Assembly: GCA_977016875.1 (NCBI GenBank)
Contig: CDRNST010000175.1
Span: forward strand, 496,001-560,000
DNA: 64,000 nt
Source of the DNA: Pavona decussata
Lineage: Eukaryota
Direction: 5' to 3'
Below are positions 63,382-64,000 of the stretch, in pieces (within the stretch, counting starts at the first letter, position 1; each line of letters begins with the position of its first letter). A model generated the notes under the pieces. The model was not told the origin of the DNA. It saw only the letters and a list, made by a program, of their open reading frames with translations, and made no database searches. The translations under genes were made by a program, and so were the position numbers.

Positions 63382-64000
63382 CTGCAAAAAGATATATAGA
63401 GAAAGATAGTAAATATGAAACTTATCCATCTCTCAACTTTCACTAATTCCGTTTTTAACAAAATCAATATAACAACAACAACAGTTTATTCAGTTTTCCC
63501 ATATGTATACATGGCATTACCGACTTAATAGAGCTATATAATATAAAATTATAGTTTGTATTTGAATAATTAAATTAACATTGATTGTCGTATTTACATT
63601 GAGTCACAAATATAAGCAGCGATTGTCCTACAGACAAAAGGATCAACGTTGTTAAAAAGAAACAAAATTTTTGAATTATTGTCTAGATCATTAAAATATT
63701 GATATCTAACATTTATTTTATTGAAAAATGTTTTGCGTATGTCATTATGAGTCATCATCATTATAATGATGACAAGAAAATAAAAAAATGTAGCTCGTCT
63801 TCAATCTCATTTAAATAGCAAAGAGAGCAGATTCTTAGATTTTCAGTTGTCTTGTTGTGCCTTCCAGTTTCTATTCGTAAATTGTGATTTCCAAGGAGAA
63901 ATTTATTGACTTGTCTCTTGTGGAGTGTATTTTTTATTGGATCTAAAAAGTCAGTTTTGTGACAATCTTTTTTGAAGGTAGAGTAGAATTTCAGTTTTTT

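Overview
AT-rich, intron-rich animal genomic DNA. The repeat landscape suggests a stony coral or other cnidarian, which is inference only. Most entries in the ORF track are spurious, so I rebuilt the genes by hand from GT-AG junctions and reading-frame phase. (1) Two paralogous micro-exon coiled-coil genes face each other from the window ends: gene A (+, <1-6925, 15 exons visible) and gene B (-, 53674->63381, 18 exons visible). (2) A 9-exon, 557-aa cysteine-containing LRR protein with an N-terminal BC-box-like motif (+, 17587-28637). (3) An 8-coding-exon, about 2189-aa RRM + MYND + 7x extended-Tudor protein (TDRD1/Vreteno-like piRNA-pathway factor; +, 32408-50765) with a young sense-strand LINE in its first coding intron. 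The most unusual feature is a ~7.1-kb DNA transposon (10350-17430) with ~490-bp terminal inverted repeats and an 8-bp flanking duplication, probably Mutator-like. It carries a spliced, decaying ubiquitin-specific protease (USP/C19) gene, a probable transposase C-terminal remnant, and a nested solo LTR with a MITE inside it. It ends 156 bp upstream of the LRR gene start. Second, both coiled-coil paralogs carry, in the same intron, pre-miRNA-sized hairpins built from an inverted copy of their own adjacent exon: one in A and a tandem array of four in B. Many MITEs and LINE/Penelope fragments are also present.
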